Below are positions 21,377 through 32,335 of a DNA stretch of 64,000 nucleotides, piece by piece (within the stretch, counting starts at the first letter, position 1; each line of letters opens with the position of its first letter). Location of the stretch: NCBI GenBank assembly GCA_051546255.1, contig CP128819.1:620001-684000 (forward strand), given 5' to 3'. The notes beneath the pieces were generated by a model, which was not told where the DNA came from, ran no database searches, and saw only the letters and a list, made by a program, of their open reading frames with translations. A program made the position numbers and the translations under genes. Source of the stretch: Meyerozyma guilliermondii. Taxonomy: Eukaryota.

Positions 21377-21587
21377 GCAGACTGTTCAGAGACCAGAGAA
21401 AAGACTAAAGAAGATACTAAGCCAGGAAACAGGCTAGATCCACCTAATGACCAATGTCGTTTTCTGAAACACCTGTGCTCGTTTTAACACACTTCTCTAC
21501 ATATAATCTTCACCTCTACATCATTTCGATTAGCATTTATAGAAATCTTTATGTATGGCCGCAGCCGTTCCCGAAGGAATTGTGTAT

Positions 21588-22190
21588 TTAGTATCCGAAC
21601 TCGGCCAACTTCTTGGCAGCTTCGGAACCGGCAGTGGCAGTTTGAGCGCTCTCCACCTTCTTGGCCAAGGCCTTCTTCTTGGCGTAGTATTCGGCAGATT
21701 GCAACTTTCTCTTCTCCTCCAACTTGTCAACCACAGTCTCGTATTTCCAGCCAACAGCAGAAGACAACTTACCAACGGTGGTGTACTTTCTACCTTGCTT
21801 CAATCTCAACACTCTCAAAGCTTGTGGAACAACAACTCTCTTCTTCTTGTCGTATGGTGGAGGAATACCTTCAAAGACCTTGAGTCTCTCCAAAGCAGCT
21901 TGACCTCTAGCGGTCTTGTGAGGAATCATACCTCTCACAGCCTTGTAGAGAATTCTCGAAGGAGCTCTGAAGTGGAATGGACCCTTGGTCTTGTTGTATC
22001 TGGTACTCTTTCTCAAGTAGTCGTGGTACTTCAACTTGTTTCTGAAAAATTCACCACTGATGTTCAAGGCCTCGGCTCTGACAACGACGATTTTTTGGCC
22101 GTTCAAAACCTGCTTGGCAATGATGGAAGCCAAGCGACCCAACAAGTGGCCCTTACCGTCGATAACAACAACTGGTTCGAATGATGACAT
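21588..22190 (-). CDS. RPL16: 60S ribosomal protein L16 (uL13)
   Basis: [41 protein letters not shown] at 22190 (200 aa); strong codon bias; no intron. Confidence 0.98.
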   Translation of the reverse strand: MSSFEPVVVIDGKGHLLGRLASIIAKQVLNGQKIVVVRAEALNISGEFFRNKLKYHDYLRKSTRYNKTKGPFHFRAPSRILYKAVRGMIPHKTARGQAALERLKVFEGIPPPYDKKKRVVVPQALRVLRLKQGRKYTTVGKLSSAVGWKYETVVDKLEEKRKLQSAEYYAKKKALAKKVESAQTATAGSEAAKKLAEFGY

Positions 22191-22277
22191 TTGGTACCTA
22201 AAGATTTCGCAGCGGTGTTGAAACTTTTTTCTAAGGTGAGGAATTTTCGCCACGGCGCACATCTGAGAACGGCGATG

Positions 22278-22300
22278 GTCATGTGACAGGGCACAGCCCT
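22278..22300. promoter_or_regulatory. RP-gene promoter module (Tbf1-type AGGGCTGTGCCCT plus Cbf1-like CACATG)
   Basis: 13-mer identical (reverse complement) to the one upstream of RPL14 at 60595-60607; both have an adjacent CATGTGAC. Confidence 0.75.
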
Positions 22301-22657
22301 GTGACCGTGGTAACGTAGGGAAATGTAAATGCCATGTCTGGTGCTGTTGCTACAATGTTCAAGTACTGTTATGGTAGTGGCGATAGATCACCGGCTTCGT
22401 GTGTCACTAGCGGCTGACGTTGTTTTTTGTGGCAGCCATTTATGACTTCTGGACACATCCTACACCCATACATAAACGGTTGCAAATTACTTGCTGCGAA
22501 ACCTAAACGTTGATAAAGTCATGTAATATGACAAAAGACAGCAAAAGATACAAAGGGAAACAGTTCCCAAAGAGTTACACTACCAGAGCAAAACTTTCTA
22601 TCTTATGAATTCAGTTCCTCCATACCGTAATTATTTTATTCGTTGACCTACTATTTC

Positions 22658-24430
22658 CTATACTTTGACTGCTGAATTGAGAACAGTCACAATAGCCTGA
22701 ATCGACGCCTCCGACACATCAGAGTTGATTCCACATCCCCATTTGCTAACCTCATCTCCTTGGTTATCTCTGAACTTCAAGTTCAAATAAGTTGCAGCTT
22801 TAGCTTGACTTCCAGAGCCCAAACTGTGCTCAGAATAGTTGACCACTTCCATCAAAATGCCAAATTTCTTGGAAACGGCATCAAGGAACGCTGAAATCGG
22901 TCCATTACCTTCACCACGAATCTCCACCTCCTTGCCGTTGACTTCCAACACGGTGTTAATTTCACGATTGACGTCGGCAGTAGCAGCCTTATTCTTGTTC
23001 TTGGAAATCTCAAAGTCAACCAACCGAATGGCAGAAGTATCCTTGGTCAAGTATTCAGATTTGAAGAGTTCAGCAATTTCCTGAGCCTTCAACTCGCGAC
23101 CCAAAAGGTCAGCTTCTTTTTGCACAATGTTGGAAAACGTAACTTGCAATTGTCTGGGCAAATCCAATCCCAAAGATCTCAAGATGATCCAGGCTGCTCC
23201 TCCTTTCCCAGATTGAGAGTTGACTCTGATGACTGCTTCGTATGTTCTACCAATGTCCTTAGGATCCAATGGCAAGTATGGAATTGCCCACTTGGTGTTA
23301 CCCTCAGCAAGTCTCTGCTCGTATTTGAGGAAACCCTTCTTGATGGCATCTTGATGCGATCCAGAGAAAGCACACACGACTAACGACCCAGCATAAGGTG
23401 CACGAGGATGAACTGCAATTTTGTTGCACCTTTCAGAAATGTCGATAATTGACTGCAAATCAGAAAAGTCCAAGTTTGGAGAAACTCCCTGGGTATACAA
23501 GTTCAAAGCCACAGTGATCAAGTCGACGTTTCCAGTTCTTTCTCCATTTCCAAACATACATCCTTCAACTCTGTCGGCTCCAGCCATCACACCGAGCTCA
23601 GCAGCTGCTACCCCACATCCTCTATCATTGTGAGGATGGACGGAAACACACACCTTTTCACGTTCAGAGATGTTTCTGCAAAAGTACTCGATTTGGTCGG
23701 CGTAAATGTTTGGAGATGCAACTTCGACGGTAGCAGGCAAGTTGAAGATGAGAGGAAGTTCCACAGTGGGTTCCCATACCTTCTTCACGGCCTCACAAAT
23801 TTCCACGGCAAACTCAGTGGGCGTGTCAGAGAAACATTCAGGAGAGAACTCCAAAGTCCATTCGGTCTCTTGCATAGATGGGTCGTCTTTTGTCAAAGAT
23901 CTGATTAATTTTGTGGTTTCGATGGACTTGGCAATGGCCTCTTCTTTGGACATGTTGAACACCACGTCGCGGAAAACGTCACTGGTGGCCAAGTAGAAAT
24001 GAATCGTGGCCTTCTTGGCTCCTTTAACCGACTCTACGGTTCTTCTGATCAACGGTTCTCTAGACTGGGTCAAGACTTGAATCGACACATCTTCGGGTGC
24101 ATTTTCCACTGCGTACCTGGTAAAGTCGAAATCGGTTTGGGATGCCGACGGAAACGACACTTCGATCTCTTTGAACCCAATCTCAAGCAATTTGTGAAAG
24201 TATTCTTTTTTTTCAGCGATGGACATGGGATCTGGCAATGCCTGATTACCGTCTCGAAGATCGGTCGAGAGCCATCTGGGGGCCTTGGTGATGGACTTGT
24301 TGGGCCATGTTCTGTCAGGAAGTGCTACTCCTTTGAAAGCCTTGTACTTTTTAGACGGGTCTTTCAACATATTGGCGTACGGCTTGGTAGCCGCAGCCTT
24401 TTGTAAAAGACGTAAGGACAGCTTAAACAT
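22658..24430 (-). CDS. LEU4: 2-isopropylmalate synthase
   Basis: STDLRDGNQALPDPM, HPHNDRG, GNGERTGNVD, RVNSQSGKGG; mitochondrial-type leader and a second in-frame ATG at 24370. Confidence 0.97.
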   Translation of the reverse strand: MFKLSLRLLQKAAATKPYANMLKDPSKKYKAFKGVALPDRTWPNKSITKAPRWLSTDLRDGNQALPDPMSIAEKKEYFHKLLEIGFKEIEVSFPSASQTDFDFTRYAVENAPEDVSIQVLTQSREPLIRRTVESVKGAKKATIHFYLATSDVFRDVVFNMSKEEAIAKSIETTKLIRSLTKDDPSMQETEWTLEFSPECFSDTPTEFAVEICEAVKKVWEPTVELPLIFNLPATVEVASPNIYADQIEYFCRNISEREKVCVSVHPHNDRGCGVAAAELGVMAGADRVEGCMFGNGERTGNVDLITVALNLYTQGVSPNLDFSDLQSIIDISERCNKIAVHPRAPYAGSLVVCAFSGSHQDAIKKGFLKYEQRLAEGNTKWAIPYLPLDPKDIGRTYEAVIRVNSQSGKGGAAWIILRSLGLDLPRQLQVTFSNIVQKEADLLGRELKAQEIAELFKSEYLTKDTSAIRLVDFEISKNKNKAATADVNREINTVLEVNGKEVEIRGEGNGPISAFLDAVSKKFGILMEVVNYSEHSLGSGSQAKAATYLNLKFRDNQGDEVSKWGCGINSDVSEASIQAIVTVLNSAVKV

Positions 24431-24568
24431 TACTTTTGAGTGCTTTTCGGAAAGGAAACGCTCAAATTAACCTTGCAATAACTTTTACTGGTTACGAAGA
24501 AGTGGTTTGATGACTATTTTCTGTACTATTATAGAATGATTTCTCCGCCGCACCGGCAAAATTTTTCA

Positions 24569-24622
24569 GCGGTACCGGCGACCCCACCTTTTGCGGAGCG
24601 AAGACTGTGATCGCGGAACCGG
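24569..24622. promoter_or_regulatory. Two Leu3-like sites upstream of LEU4
   Basis: GCGGTACCGG (24569-24578) and GCGGAACCGG (24613-24622), each one mismatch from CCGG-N2-CCGG. Confidence 0.65.
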
Positions 24623-24939
24623 GGTTTATTCGAGTAATATGGCAGAATGAAAGAGCAAGTAGATCTGTGGTGTAGTAATTGTTGATCATCAACTTTTTGT
24701 CAATATTTGTCAATATTGTCGATTTTTGTAATTTTGCAATTTTACTTATGTTCTCCTCGTGTAGTAACCCCAAGGGTGCTTGAAATTTCAGAAAAAATTG
24801 CAAATATTGAAAATTGCTTGATATCCTCAAAACAACTCAAAACAACTCAAAACCAAGCCACAATCATGAATTTGCCATGTTAAACCCATTTAACCTTCAA
24901 TTTCATTCATCCCTCTCCTAACCCCTCATCTCGTCTGAG

Positions 24940-24988
24940 CTCATCGCCCATCCCACCCATACACCATCATCGCTTCCTAAATTTTTCA
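24940..24988. promoter_or_regulatory. PAC and RRPE motifs of the NSR1 promoter
   Basis: CTCATCGC (24940-24947) and AAATTTTTCA (24979-24988) upstream of a ribosome-biogenesis gene. Confidence 0.8.
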
Positions 24989-25042
24989 CCATAGCAGGAA
25001 AACTATTTAGGCTTCCATAACCCATACTCAAATATTACGACA

Positions 25043-26377
25043 ATGGCTAAGTCATCAACCAAAGCAGCCAAGCCTGTAAAGAAGCAATCAAAGTCTGTGA
25101 AGGCTAAGGCTCCAGAGTCCTCCTCTGAGTCTGAATCTTCTTCCGACTCCAGCTCCAGCTCCTCATCGGAATCCAGTTCTGAGTCTTCGAGTTCCGACTC
25201 CAGCTCTGACTCCGAATCTGATGCTGAAGAATCTTCCGACTCCGAGTCTGAAGAAGAAAAGAAGGAGGTGAAGTCTGATAAGAAGAGCGATACTTCATCG
25301 AAGGACTCCGATTCCGACTCGAGCTCGAGTTCTGAGTCTGGTTCCGACTCTGACTCTTCAGACTCCGAGTCCGAAGAGGAGAAGGAGGTCAAGAAACTGC
25401 CAAAGAAGGAAACCAAGGCTGAAAAGAAGGAGGAAAAGAAGGCTGAAAGTTCTGATTCTTCTGACTCTAGTTCTGATTCCGATTCTGATTCTAGCTCTTC
25501 CAGCTCTTCCAGCTCATCCAGCTCCGACTCTGACTCCGACTCTGATTCTGATTCCGACTCTGAGTCTGCGAAGGAAGAGACCAAGAAGCCCGCTGAGAAG
25601 AAGCGTAAAGCCGAGCCTGCTGCCGAAGAGGAGGCTGCCGAAGAGCCAGTTGCTAAGAAGCTGAAAAACGAAGAGCCAGCAACTTTGTTCGTGGGCAGAT
25701 TGTCGTGGAACATCGACGACGAGTGGTTGAGAAGAGAATTCGAACCTATTGGTGGAGTTATTAGTGCTCGTGTGATCATGGAGAGAGCCACTGGTAAGTC
25801 TCGTGGTTACGGTTACGTTGACTTTGACTCCAAGTCAGCCGCCGAAAAGGCATTGAATGAATACCAAGGCAAGGAAATTGACGGTAGACCAGTCAACTTG
25901 GATATGTCCACCGGTAAGCCCCATGCTGCTAACCCTCGTGTTGAGAGAGCCAAGCAATTTGGTGATGTTCCATCGGCTCCTTCCGACACTTTGTTCGTGG
26001 GTAATTTGTCTTTCAACGCTCAAAGAGACAACTTGTTCCAAGTCTTCGGTGAGTACGGAACTGTGATCTCATGTCGTATCCCCACCCATCCCGATACTCA
26101 ACAACCAAAGGGTTTTGGTTACGTTCAATTCGGATCGGTTGACGAGGCCAAGGCTGCTTACGAGGCCATGAATGGACAATATATTGAGGGCCGTGCGTGC
26201 CGTTTGGACTTCTCCACCCCCAGGGATAATTCTTCCAGACCTGGAACCCCAAGAGGAGGCGGAGCCGGAACCCCAAGAGGTGGGTTCTCCGGTGGATTCG
26301 GAGGCCGCGAGAGATCATCAACTCCCACTCCTAGACGTAACACCGAGTTCAAAGGTACCAAAAAGACCTTTGATTAA
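25043..26377 (+). CDS. NSR1: Nucleolin-like nucleolar protein
   Basis: Ser/acidic N terminus, two RRMs (LFVGRL...RGYGYVDF; LFVGNL...KGFGYVQF), RGG-containing tail ending FKGTKKTFD. Confidence 0.96.
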   Translation: MAKSSTKAAKPVKKQSKSVKAKAPESSSESESSSDSSSSSSSESSSESSSSDSSSDSESDAEESSDSESEEEKKEVKSDKKSDTSSKDSDSDSSSSSESGSDSDSSDSESEEEKEVKKLPKKETKAEKKEEKKAESSDSSDSSSDSDSDSSSSSSSSSSSSDSDSDSDSDSDSESAKEETKKPAEKKRKAEPAAEEEAAEEPVAKKLKNEEPATLFVGRLSWNIDDEWLRREFEPIGGVISARVIMERATGKSRGYGYVDFDSKSAAEKALNEYQGKEIDGRPVNLDMSTGKPHAANPRVERAKQFGDVPSAPSDTLFVGNLSFNAQRDNLFQVFGEYGTVISCRIPTHPDTQQPKGFGYVQFGSVDEAKAAYEAMNGQYIEGRACRLDFSTPRDNSSRPGTPRGGGAGTPRGGFSGGFGGRERSSTPTPRRNTEFKGTKKTFD

Positions 26378-26992
26378 CTGTATATTACGGGAATTGCATG
26401 GATATAACAGAATAAATACAATGATTGTTTGCACAAATGTAGAATTATTCAATCCCAGTTTAAACCCCATTTTTCGCAGCCGTATTGAGTGGCCGGCCTG
26501 CATGTGCGCGCGAGAGAAGCCGTCGTGACATGTTTCGCGGCGCCGGAAAACCGGCGGTTTCTACTCATATTACGAACGGACTTCCTAATTCGCGCACGAA
26601 CCCAGGTTTGGTGGGGTCAGATATGGGGCAACCAATTGGTGTCTTCGAACGGAAAATTATCAAAATTTGTAATTATAACGGGAAAAACTCGGAAAATTCT
26701 ACCAAAACTCTTCTAGACTCCTCTCACGTTCAATTTATACCTGGTACATGCGTAATGGCTTTTTGTCCATCTAAGCCCCCCACAGTAACGCCGCCTTGAC
26801 GTCCTGCAGACAGACCCGTTGGGAACTGTCAAATTTGGTGTCCTCAGGCTGATAAGATATTACCGTTCATTTCAACCAACAATCCATCTTAGTACACCGG
26901 TCAAAGTCCATTTCGCATCTTCGATTTTGTGTTTGCTACCCATACCCGTTGCTATTCTACAACAAAGCTAAGTCACATGGCACATTAACCTG

Positions 26993-29122
26993 ATGAAACG
27001 AGCGGTTACAAAGTTCATTTCTCTGCGGCAGAGTCTACTTGGTAACTCAGGTAGCGATGCCTCGGAACCAGGACACCGACTAGACTTTAATTCTGTCGAC
27101 GATTTTTACATTTTGTTGGATAATCCTCATAAATCGTGGACTCCCGGTGACGAACTCTCGGGTCAGATAATATTTATTTCTAAGAAGAACCTTGCTAATA
27201 TCATCATAACTTTGTCGCTTGTTGGCTACGTCAAGATTAATCCTTCGTCCCACTCGAAATTACGCCTGGTAAAACGGTCATTATTCAATCATACAATACG
27301 CATTTATGGCTCCGACGATACTGTACGTACGGGCCAAGAATACTCCAATGGTTTGTACAAGGGAGAACATCGGTTTCCTTTCATTGTCAAGCTCCCAAAC
27401 AAGAGAATATTCACCAGCATTGATTTTGGCAAGGGCCGAATAGTGTACCTTTTGCGTGCAAATGTAGGTGATGCCAACTCTTCCAATGTGGCCAGTAGCC
27501 CAGCCAGCCTATCATCTTCATCACCTTCAGAAAATGGCAGTTCACCAGCATCAAACTTTACCAGGCATAAGAGTTTCCGTTCGTTACAAAACTCAAGTTT
27601 TACGTCGGAAAAAATCATCAACATCGTAAACCCTTTGGATGTGTCCAAGTTACCTCCGCCACAACCAAAACGACTAAAGATCAAGGATCCTCGAAGAACG
27701 AAAATGCTCGCACGGACACAGTCGTCAACTTCCACCATCAACACCTTCAACACGGTTGGCACTGTCTCTTCGAACAACTCTGATAACCAGGCTTCACTTC
27801 ATACCAATACAGACCTGCCATCCAACAACGCACCACTGGCTCAAGCACAAAACTCAACAACGTCTCCGGGAGATACTTCAGACCCAGAATCGATCCGATT
27901 GTCGCTTGAGGTTTCCCAGCGAGGGTTCTTGCGTGGTGAACTTATCCCCATCAAAATGCACATTAATCATCTTAAAAAGGTGCAAGATGTGAACGGTATA
28001 ATCATTACGTTCGTGAGAGTTTGTAGGATTGAAAATGGTCCTGATGGCCTTTTTGATTCTTTCAGAAAAGATCTTCAGCAACAAATCGTTCCATTATACG
28101 TTGATCCAACGACATTTCTGTCAGAAATCAGTACAAGCATCAGAGTGCCAGCAGATGCATTCCCGACCATCACTGGCTGTCCTTTAGTGAGTTTCCAGTA
28201 CTTTCTAGAAGTTCTTATCAATCTTTCAGGAAAGTCGATCTCGCTCGATGATAACGATCACCCGAAACAAACCGTGCAAATAAATGAGACACCAAGCCAT
28301 ACATTCATGGAATCTGAGGCCAAGCAATCGAACTTCAAGTTTAACTTTTCCCTCCCTTCAGCAAATACAGTGAGTCCCAAGGAACGCTCTGGCTTCCTAA
28401 ATACTGACAAGTATAAGCGAATGAAGAAGTTTCTACAGCTAACGACGGAAATAGTAATTGGTACCCACAGACTGAACGATCCTACAAGTGTGCCTGAGGG
28501 GTCTACAGATCAATTATCGGCGTCTCGCCGGTCATCACTCATTGGTTCCAATGTTTCTGGTAATGGTTACAGCCCATCTGACCGACAATCGCCATCACAG
28601 TCTTTGTTACCCAATATACCAGTTAACCGTGAAGACGCTAGTCCTGAAATTATGGAGACTCCTCCTTACACTGATGGACAGCCATCATTCTCAGCGCCCA
28701 ACTACTTGGATATTGTTGGCCCATCTCACACTAACGATCTCTTACCTTTACCCAATACCAATGGACATTCTGAAAAGGAACGTATGAGGATTCACGAGGA
28801 GAGTTTGTTACCTTCTGAACCAATTCTCGATGATATTGACGAAGATGATAAAGAGACCATTAGTCCGTTAAATCATGATGCACTTTTTGAATCTGAACCA
28901 GATCATAACGGGGGACATTCACCTTACGATGTAACGATCTCAAATGATGACAACAACTTTAGTACTACCGCGGATACACTTGAGGGCCACACTCGCCCAT
29001 ACCATGACGATGACGACAGCTTGTACCATTTACCTTCGAACACCATGGAAAGTGCTCCAAGATATGATAATGCCACAAAAGATACTCTTTTACAACAGGG
29101 TGATCATGAAGAACAACATTAA
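26993..29122 (+). CDS. RIM8: pH-response arrestin (PalF/Rim8)
   Basis: Arrestin N and C domains (PHKSWTPGDELSGQI, GEHRFPF, SIDFGKG, GFLRGELIPI, FRKDLQQ), PPY motif and C-terminal PSEP. Confidence 0.92.
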   Translation: MKRAVTKFISLRQSLLGNSGSDASEPGHRLDFNSVDDFYILLDNPHKSWTPGDELSGQIIFISKKNLANIIITLSLVGYVKINPSSHSKLRLVKRSLFNHTIRIYGSDDTVRTGQEYSNGLYKGEHRFPFIVKLPNKRIFTSIDFGKGRIVYLLRANVGDANSSNVASSPASLSSSSPSENGSSPASNFTRHKSFRSLQNSSFTSEKIINIVNPLDVSKLPPPQPKRLKIKDPRRTKMLARTQSSTSTINTFNTVGTVSSNNSDNQASLHTNTDLPSNNAPLAQAQNSTTSPGDTSDPESIRLSLEVSQRGFLRGELIPIKMHINHLKKVQDVNGIIITFVRVCRIENGPDGLFDSFRKDLQQQIVPLYVDPTTFLSEISTSIRVPADAFPTITGCPLVSFQYFLEVLINLSGKSISLDDNDHPKQTVQINETPSHTFMESEAKQSNFKFNFSLPSANTVSPKERSGFLNTDKYKRMKKFLQLTTEIVIGTHRLNDPTSVPEGSTDQLSASRRSSLIGSNVSGNGYSPSDRQSPSQSLLPNIPVNREDASPEIMETPPYTDGQPSFSAPNYLDIVGPSHTNDLLPLPNTNGHSEKERMRIHEESLLPSEPILDDIDEDDKETISPLNHDALFESEPDHNGGHSPYDVTISNDDNNFSTTADTLEGHTRPYHDDDDSLYHLPSNTMESAPRYDNATKDTLLQQGDHEEQH

Positions 29123-29209
29123 ACTAAAAAAAAATATGAAAATCAATTTTATTAAAACCCGTAGATGCGCAGATTGCTGCTAATGTTACAAATTAATCAT
29201 ATATCCTCA

Positions 29210-32200
29210 TCAAGATGACTGGGCGAGATAGAGTTTCTTTTGCAATGAAGTCACATTCTCCTTCAATTGGTCTCTCTCTTGCTTCAATATGAACAAATCA
29301 GCTTCCAAGTCCTTAATCTTCATGTTGAAATGGGCACTGGAAATATGTCCTTCGTCATCTGCCGCTTCTGGTTCATGGCTACTAAATTCAGGAGTAGATC
29401 CTTCTTCAAGAATTGGCGATTTTGAGCTTAATCTCTTGGAAGACGATGCCTTCTTGTAAATCTTCAACTCACTGTTCTCCTTCATAAGTTTATCAATAAG
29501 CACCTTTTGCTTATCAAGCTCTTCTTGGGTCAAGTTGAGTGCTCTGCTGGTATTGTTAACAGATTGTAAAGCGTCGCGGTAGTTCGTCTCAAATGTCTTC
29601 AAGTTTTGCAATTTGGCTTCTAATTCTGCCCTCAACTCTTGAATTTCTAGCGAAGCACCCTCCTCTTGCTGCTTACTGATTCTCATCAGTTCATCAAGTT
29701 GCTTCTGCAATTGTTCCACCATTGCGTTTGATTCAGGATTGGTTTCAGCTCCTTCAACAGAAATGTTTCTACTATGAGAGCCTGTAGCATTCTTGAACGA
29801 CCACAAGTTAACAAGATTCTCCAAGTGTGAGGCAATGTCCTTCTTGCTCCTTCTACCAGTGGCATTGCTCATGATCGATCTGTTTGAAGGGTCACCTCCG
29901 TTCTCAGCAATAATTTCGCCCTCGTCGTCAGAGATTTCATCATCCGCATGTATAGTTTTGTAATTCTCGTGCTCGAGCCTCAAGCTCTCATAACGAGATT
30001 TCCATTCATTTATCTCTTTCTGCAATGGTTCTTGTTCCTTCAACTGAGACGTGAGCTTGGCAATCTTTTCTTCCTGGGCCCCGATGATCTTTTGGAAATC
30101 TGACAACTGGCCAATCTGGTTGTTCATAAAAGGCTCAAACTCCTCGAGCTTTTTAGACAACAGATTGTTCTGCTGTTGCAAGTATAAAAGTTTGTTGTTG
30201 AGTTCCAAACGTTCCAACTTGAGCCTGTTCTTTTCAGTGATTCCAATATTATCTGGGCCAGGAGTACTGCCCTCGCTTTCGTCAACAGCAAATGCTGATG
30301 GATCCATTTGACGTTTCATTTCAAGTAGAATCTCGTCTTTCTCCTGGACTTGTGCTTGAAGGTCCCGGATTTGGTCCTGACCATTATTTTGCTTCAACTC
30401 GCGGTTCTCTCTCTCAAGGGCATTGATTCTATCAGTGGCCACCAGCATCTGCTGCTTAGTTGAAGAGCGGAGCAGATTCAATTCGTTTGTCAAATCAGCC
30501 ACAAGTGCCTTGACTTTCGAGTCATCTCTGGTGCTGTGGCTCTGTGATACATCGCGCAGAAGGTCCGGAGTTGTGTTTTCCTCACGAGAAATATCTGCCT
30601 CGATGGGGTCAACAGCAACACCGTGACCGTTGTGGAAATTTCTCTTTGGCGATTCCGAGTGTGTGTAACTGGTCTCGTGCAAAAAGTTACCGCTTCTGGG
30701 AGTGATTTCTTCATCGATTGTATCTTCCTTCTCTGACATCGAAGCCGAGGGAACGTCCACTTCAACAAATTTGTCTTGGTTTTCCAGAGTCATATAGCCA
30801 GAAGCAGCAGAAGACGCAACGCCCGAATTGAGGTCTCTCTTCAAGCGATCAGGCGAGCCCGTTGGAGTTCTGAAATCCTCTGGACCAGCTGAAAAGCTGC
30901 GTGCGTGACGCAGGAAACCAGCAGCTGCATCGTCTGCAACTTGAGGCAGCTCAGTTCTTTTGGGAGCAGGAGCAGCCAACGCTGATGCTGCGATCTTTTT
31001 AGTTGTACGCACCTGAACTTCTTCTGAGGTAAAGAATGGCTCACAAACGGTGAGATCAAACTCGTAAACCATAGTGCCCACTTCTTCACCATCAGAAACC
31101 TCATAGGTATCGAAGTTGTCTGGATCATTGTTAATAAAATCATTTTTGTCACCCCCCATAATCACCAACTTGTTAAACCTAGGCATGTACGTCATGGTAT
31201 GTCCACAACGAGGACCAGGGCCATGCAACATACCCGTGTCCATCAACTTGGACCATACTAAGGTGTGAAGGTTCAATACGTAAAGGGTATCATAAATAAC
31301 ACCACTAAAGTCATTTCCTCCGTAAATGTACAACTTGTCGTCGACAATACAACTGGAGTGTTCGTTCACTGGGGCAGGAACACTACCAGAGGTGGGTAAT
31401 TGAGTCCACTTGTTGACCACAGCGTCGAAACTCCACAAGTCATTCGACACCTTTTCGTTGTTATACACACCTCCAAACACGAACAACTTGTTCTTGTACA
31501 CCGACATGGAATGGTTCGTCAAAGGAGGAGGTTTGAAGTTATTAAGTGGCTCGACCAATTCCCATCTCGCCTTGGGGCTTTTAAAAGTATTGAGCTCGAA
31601 GTAGTATACATCGTTGAAAACGTCGTTTTCCAACTGGCCACCGAATAAATAGAACCTTGACGAGTTGTTATTGAGAGCCACCACTCCCACGCTGTGGCCA
31701 TATCTTCCATTGGGTTTGTTCAACACATGACTAGGAATGGTATACTTATTGTTGTTGACGTTGAACAAGTAGAAGTTGTTATCGGGGAACCCGTTGAAAT
31801 CGGTATCGACAGTGTCTCCTCCGTATATTATAAAGGCATTACCGCACAACACTCCAGAGTGACCCACTCTAGCAGGAGGATTGTTCAAGTTAACAACCTC
31901 CACCAATTGAGATGTATACTCCAAGCTACCATCCCCAAGCTGATGAGGTGTGATTTTCCAGGTATCACCAAAAACAGATCCATCTTTCAAACCTCCCATC
32001 AAGAAAATTTCATTCTTGTCGCTGCACATGGACGAGGCGGCATGTCTATACCGTGGAAAAGGAGAATTGTAAAGTTTTACTCTGTTCCACGGTGTCTGTA
32101 CATTCACAGTGATTCTTGGTGCTGGCACAGAGGCATTGGTGGCGTTTTGAGCTGGTCTCTGTGACGCCATAATTCCCGTTTGACGAGGTAATGGGGTTGA

Positions 32201-32335
32201 TTCGGGAGATTTGTGTACATCTTCTGGTGGATATTGAAGACCTCCAACATTGTGGCTCTCTTCCAGAGCCTCTTCACTGAAAGACAGCGTTTCGTCGGAC
32301 CTTTTTTTGTTCTTCCCAAATTTGAATCGAGCCAT
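29210..32335 (-). CDS. KEL1: Kelch-repeat polarity protein
   Basis: SPFPRYRH, repeated YGG/FGG kelch units, C-terminal coiled coil; first ATG at 32335. Confidence 0.9.
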   Translation of the reverse strand: MARFKFGKNKKRSDETLSFSEEALEESHNVGGLQYPPEDVHKSPESTPLPRQTGIMASQRPAQNATNASVPAPRITVNVQTPWNRVKLYNSPFPRYRHAASSMCSDKNEIFLMGGLKDGSVFGDTWKITPHQLGDGSLEYTSQLVEVVNLNNPPARVGHSGVLCGNAFIIYGGDTVDTDFNGFPDNNFYLFNVNNNKYTIPSHVLNKPNGRYGHSVGVVALNNNSSRFYLFGGQLENDVFNDVYYFELNTFKSPKARWELVEPLNNFKPPPLTNHSMSVYKNKLFVFGGVYNNEKVSNDLWSFDAVVNKWTQLPTSGSVPAPVNEHSSCIVDDKLYIYGGNDFSGVIYDTLYVLNLHTLVWSKLMDTGMLHGPGPRCGHTMTYMPRFNKLVIMGGDKNDFINNDPDNFDTYEVSDGEEVGTMVYEFDLTVCEPFFTSEEVQVRTTKKIAASALAAPAPKRTELPQVADDAAAGFLRHARSFSAGPEDFRTPTGSPDRLKRDLNSGVASSAASGYMTLENQDKFVEVDVPSASMSEKEDTIDEEITPRSGNFLHETSYTHSESPKRNFHNGHGVAVDPIEADISREENTTPDLLRDVSQSHSTRDDSKVKALVADLTNELNLLRSSTKQQMLVATDRINALERENRELKQNNGQDQIRDLQAQVQEKDEILLEMKRQMDPSAFAVDESEGSTPGPDNIGITEKNRLKLERLELNNKLLYLQQQNNLLSKKLEEFEPFMNNQIGQLSDFQKIIGAQEEKIAKLTSQLKEQEPLQKEINEWKSRYESLRLEHENYKTIHADDEISDDEGEIIAENGGDPSNRSIMSNATGRRSKKDIASHLENLVNLWSFKNATGSHSRNISVEGAETNPESNAMVEQLQKQLDELMRISKQQEEGASLEIQELRAELEAKLQNLKTFETNYRDALQSVNNTSRALNLTQEELDKQKVLIDKLMKENSELKIYKKASSSKRLSSKSPILEEGSTPEFSSHEPEAADDEGHISSAHFNMKIKDLEADLFILKQERDQLKENVTSLQKKLYLAQSS

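Noticed and set aside
21555..22184. 209-aa plus-strand ORF
   Set aside because: Antisense shadow of codon-biased RPL16.
24827..24854. CTCAAAACAA tandem repeat
   Set aside because: Fewer than three units of a simple repeat, with no evidence of function.
25003..25791. 262-aa Ser/Glu-rich minus-strand ORF
   Set aside because: Antisense shadow of the NSR1 low-complexity region.
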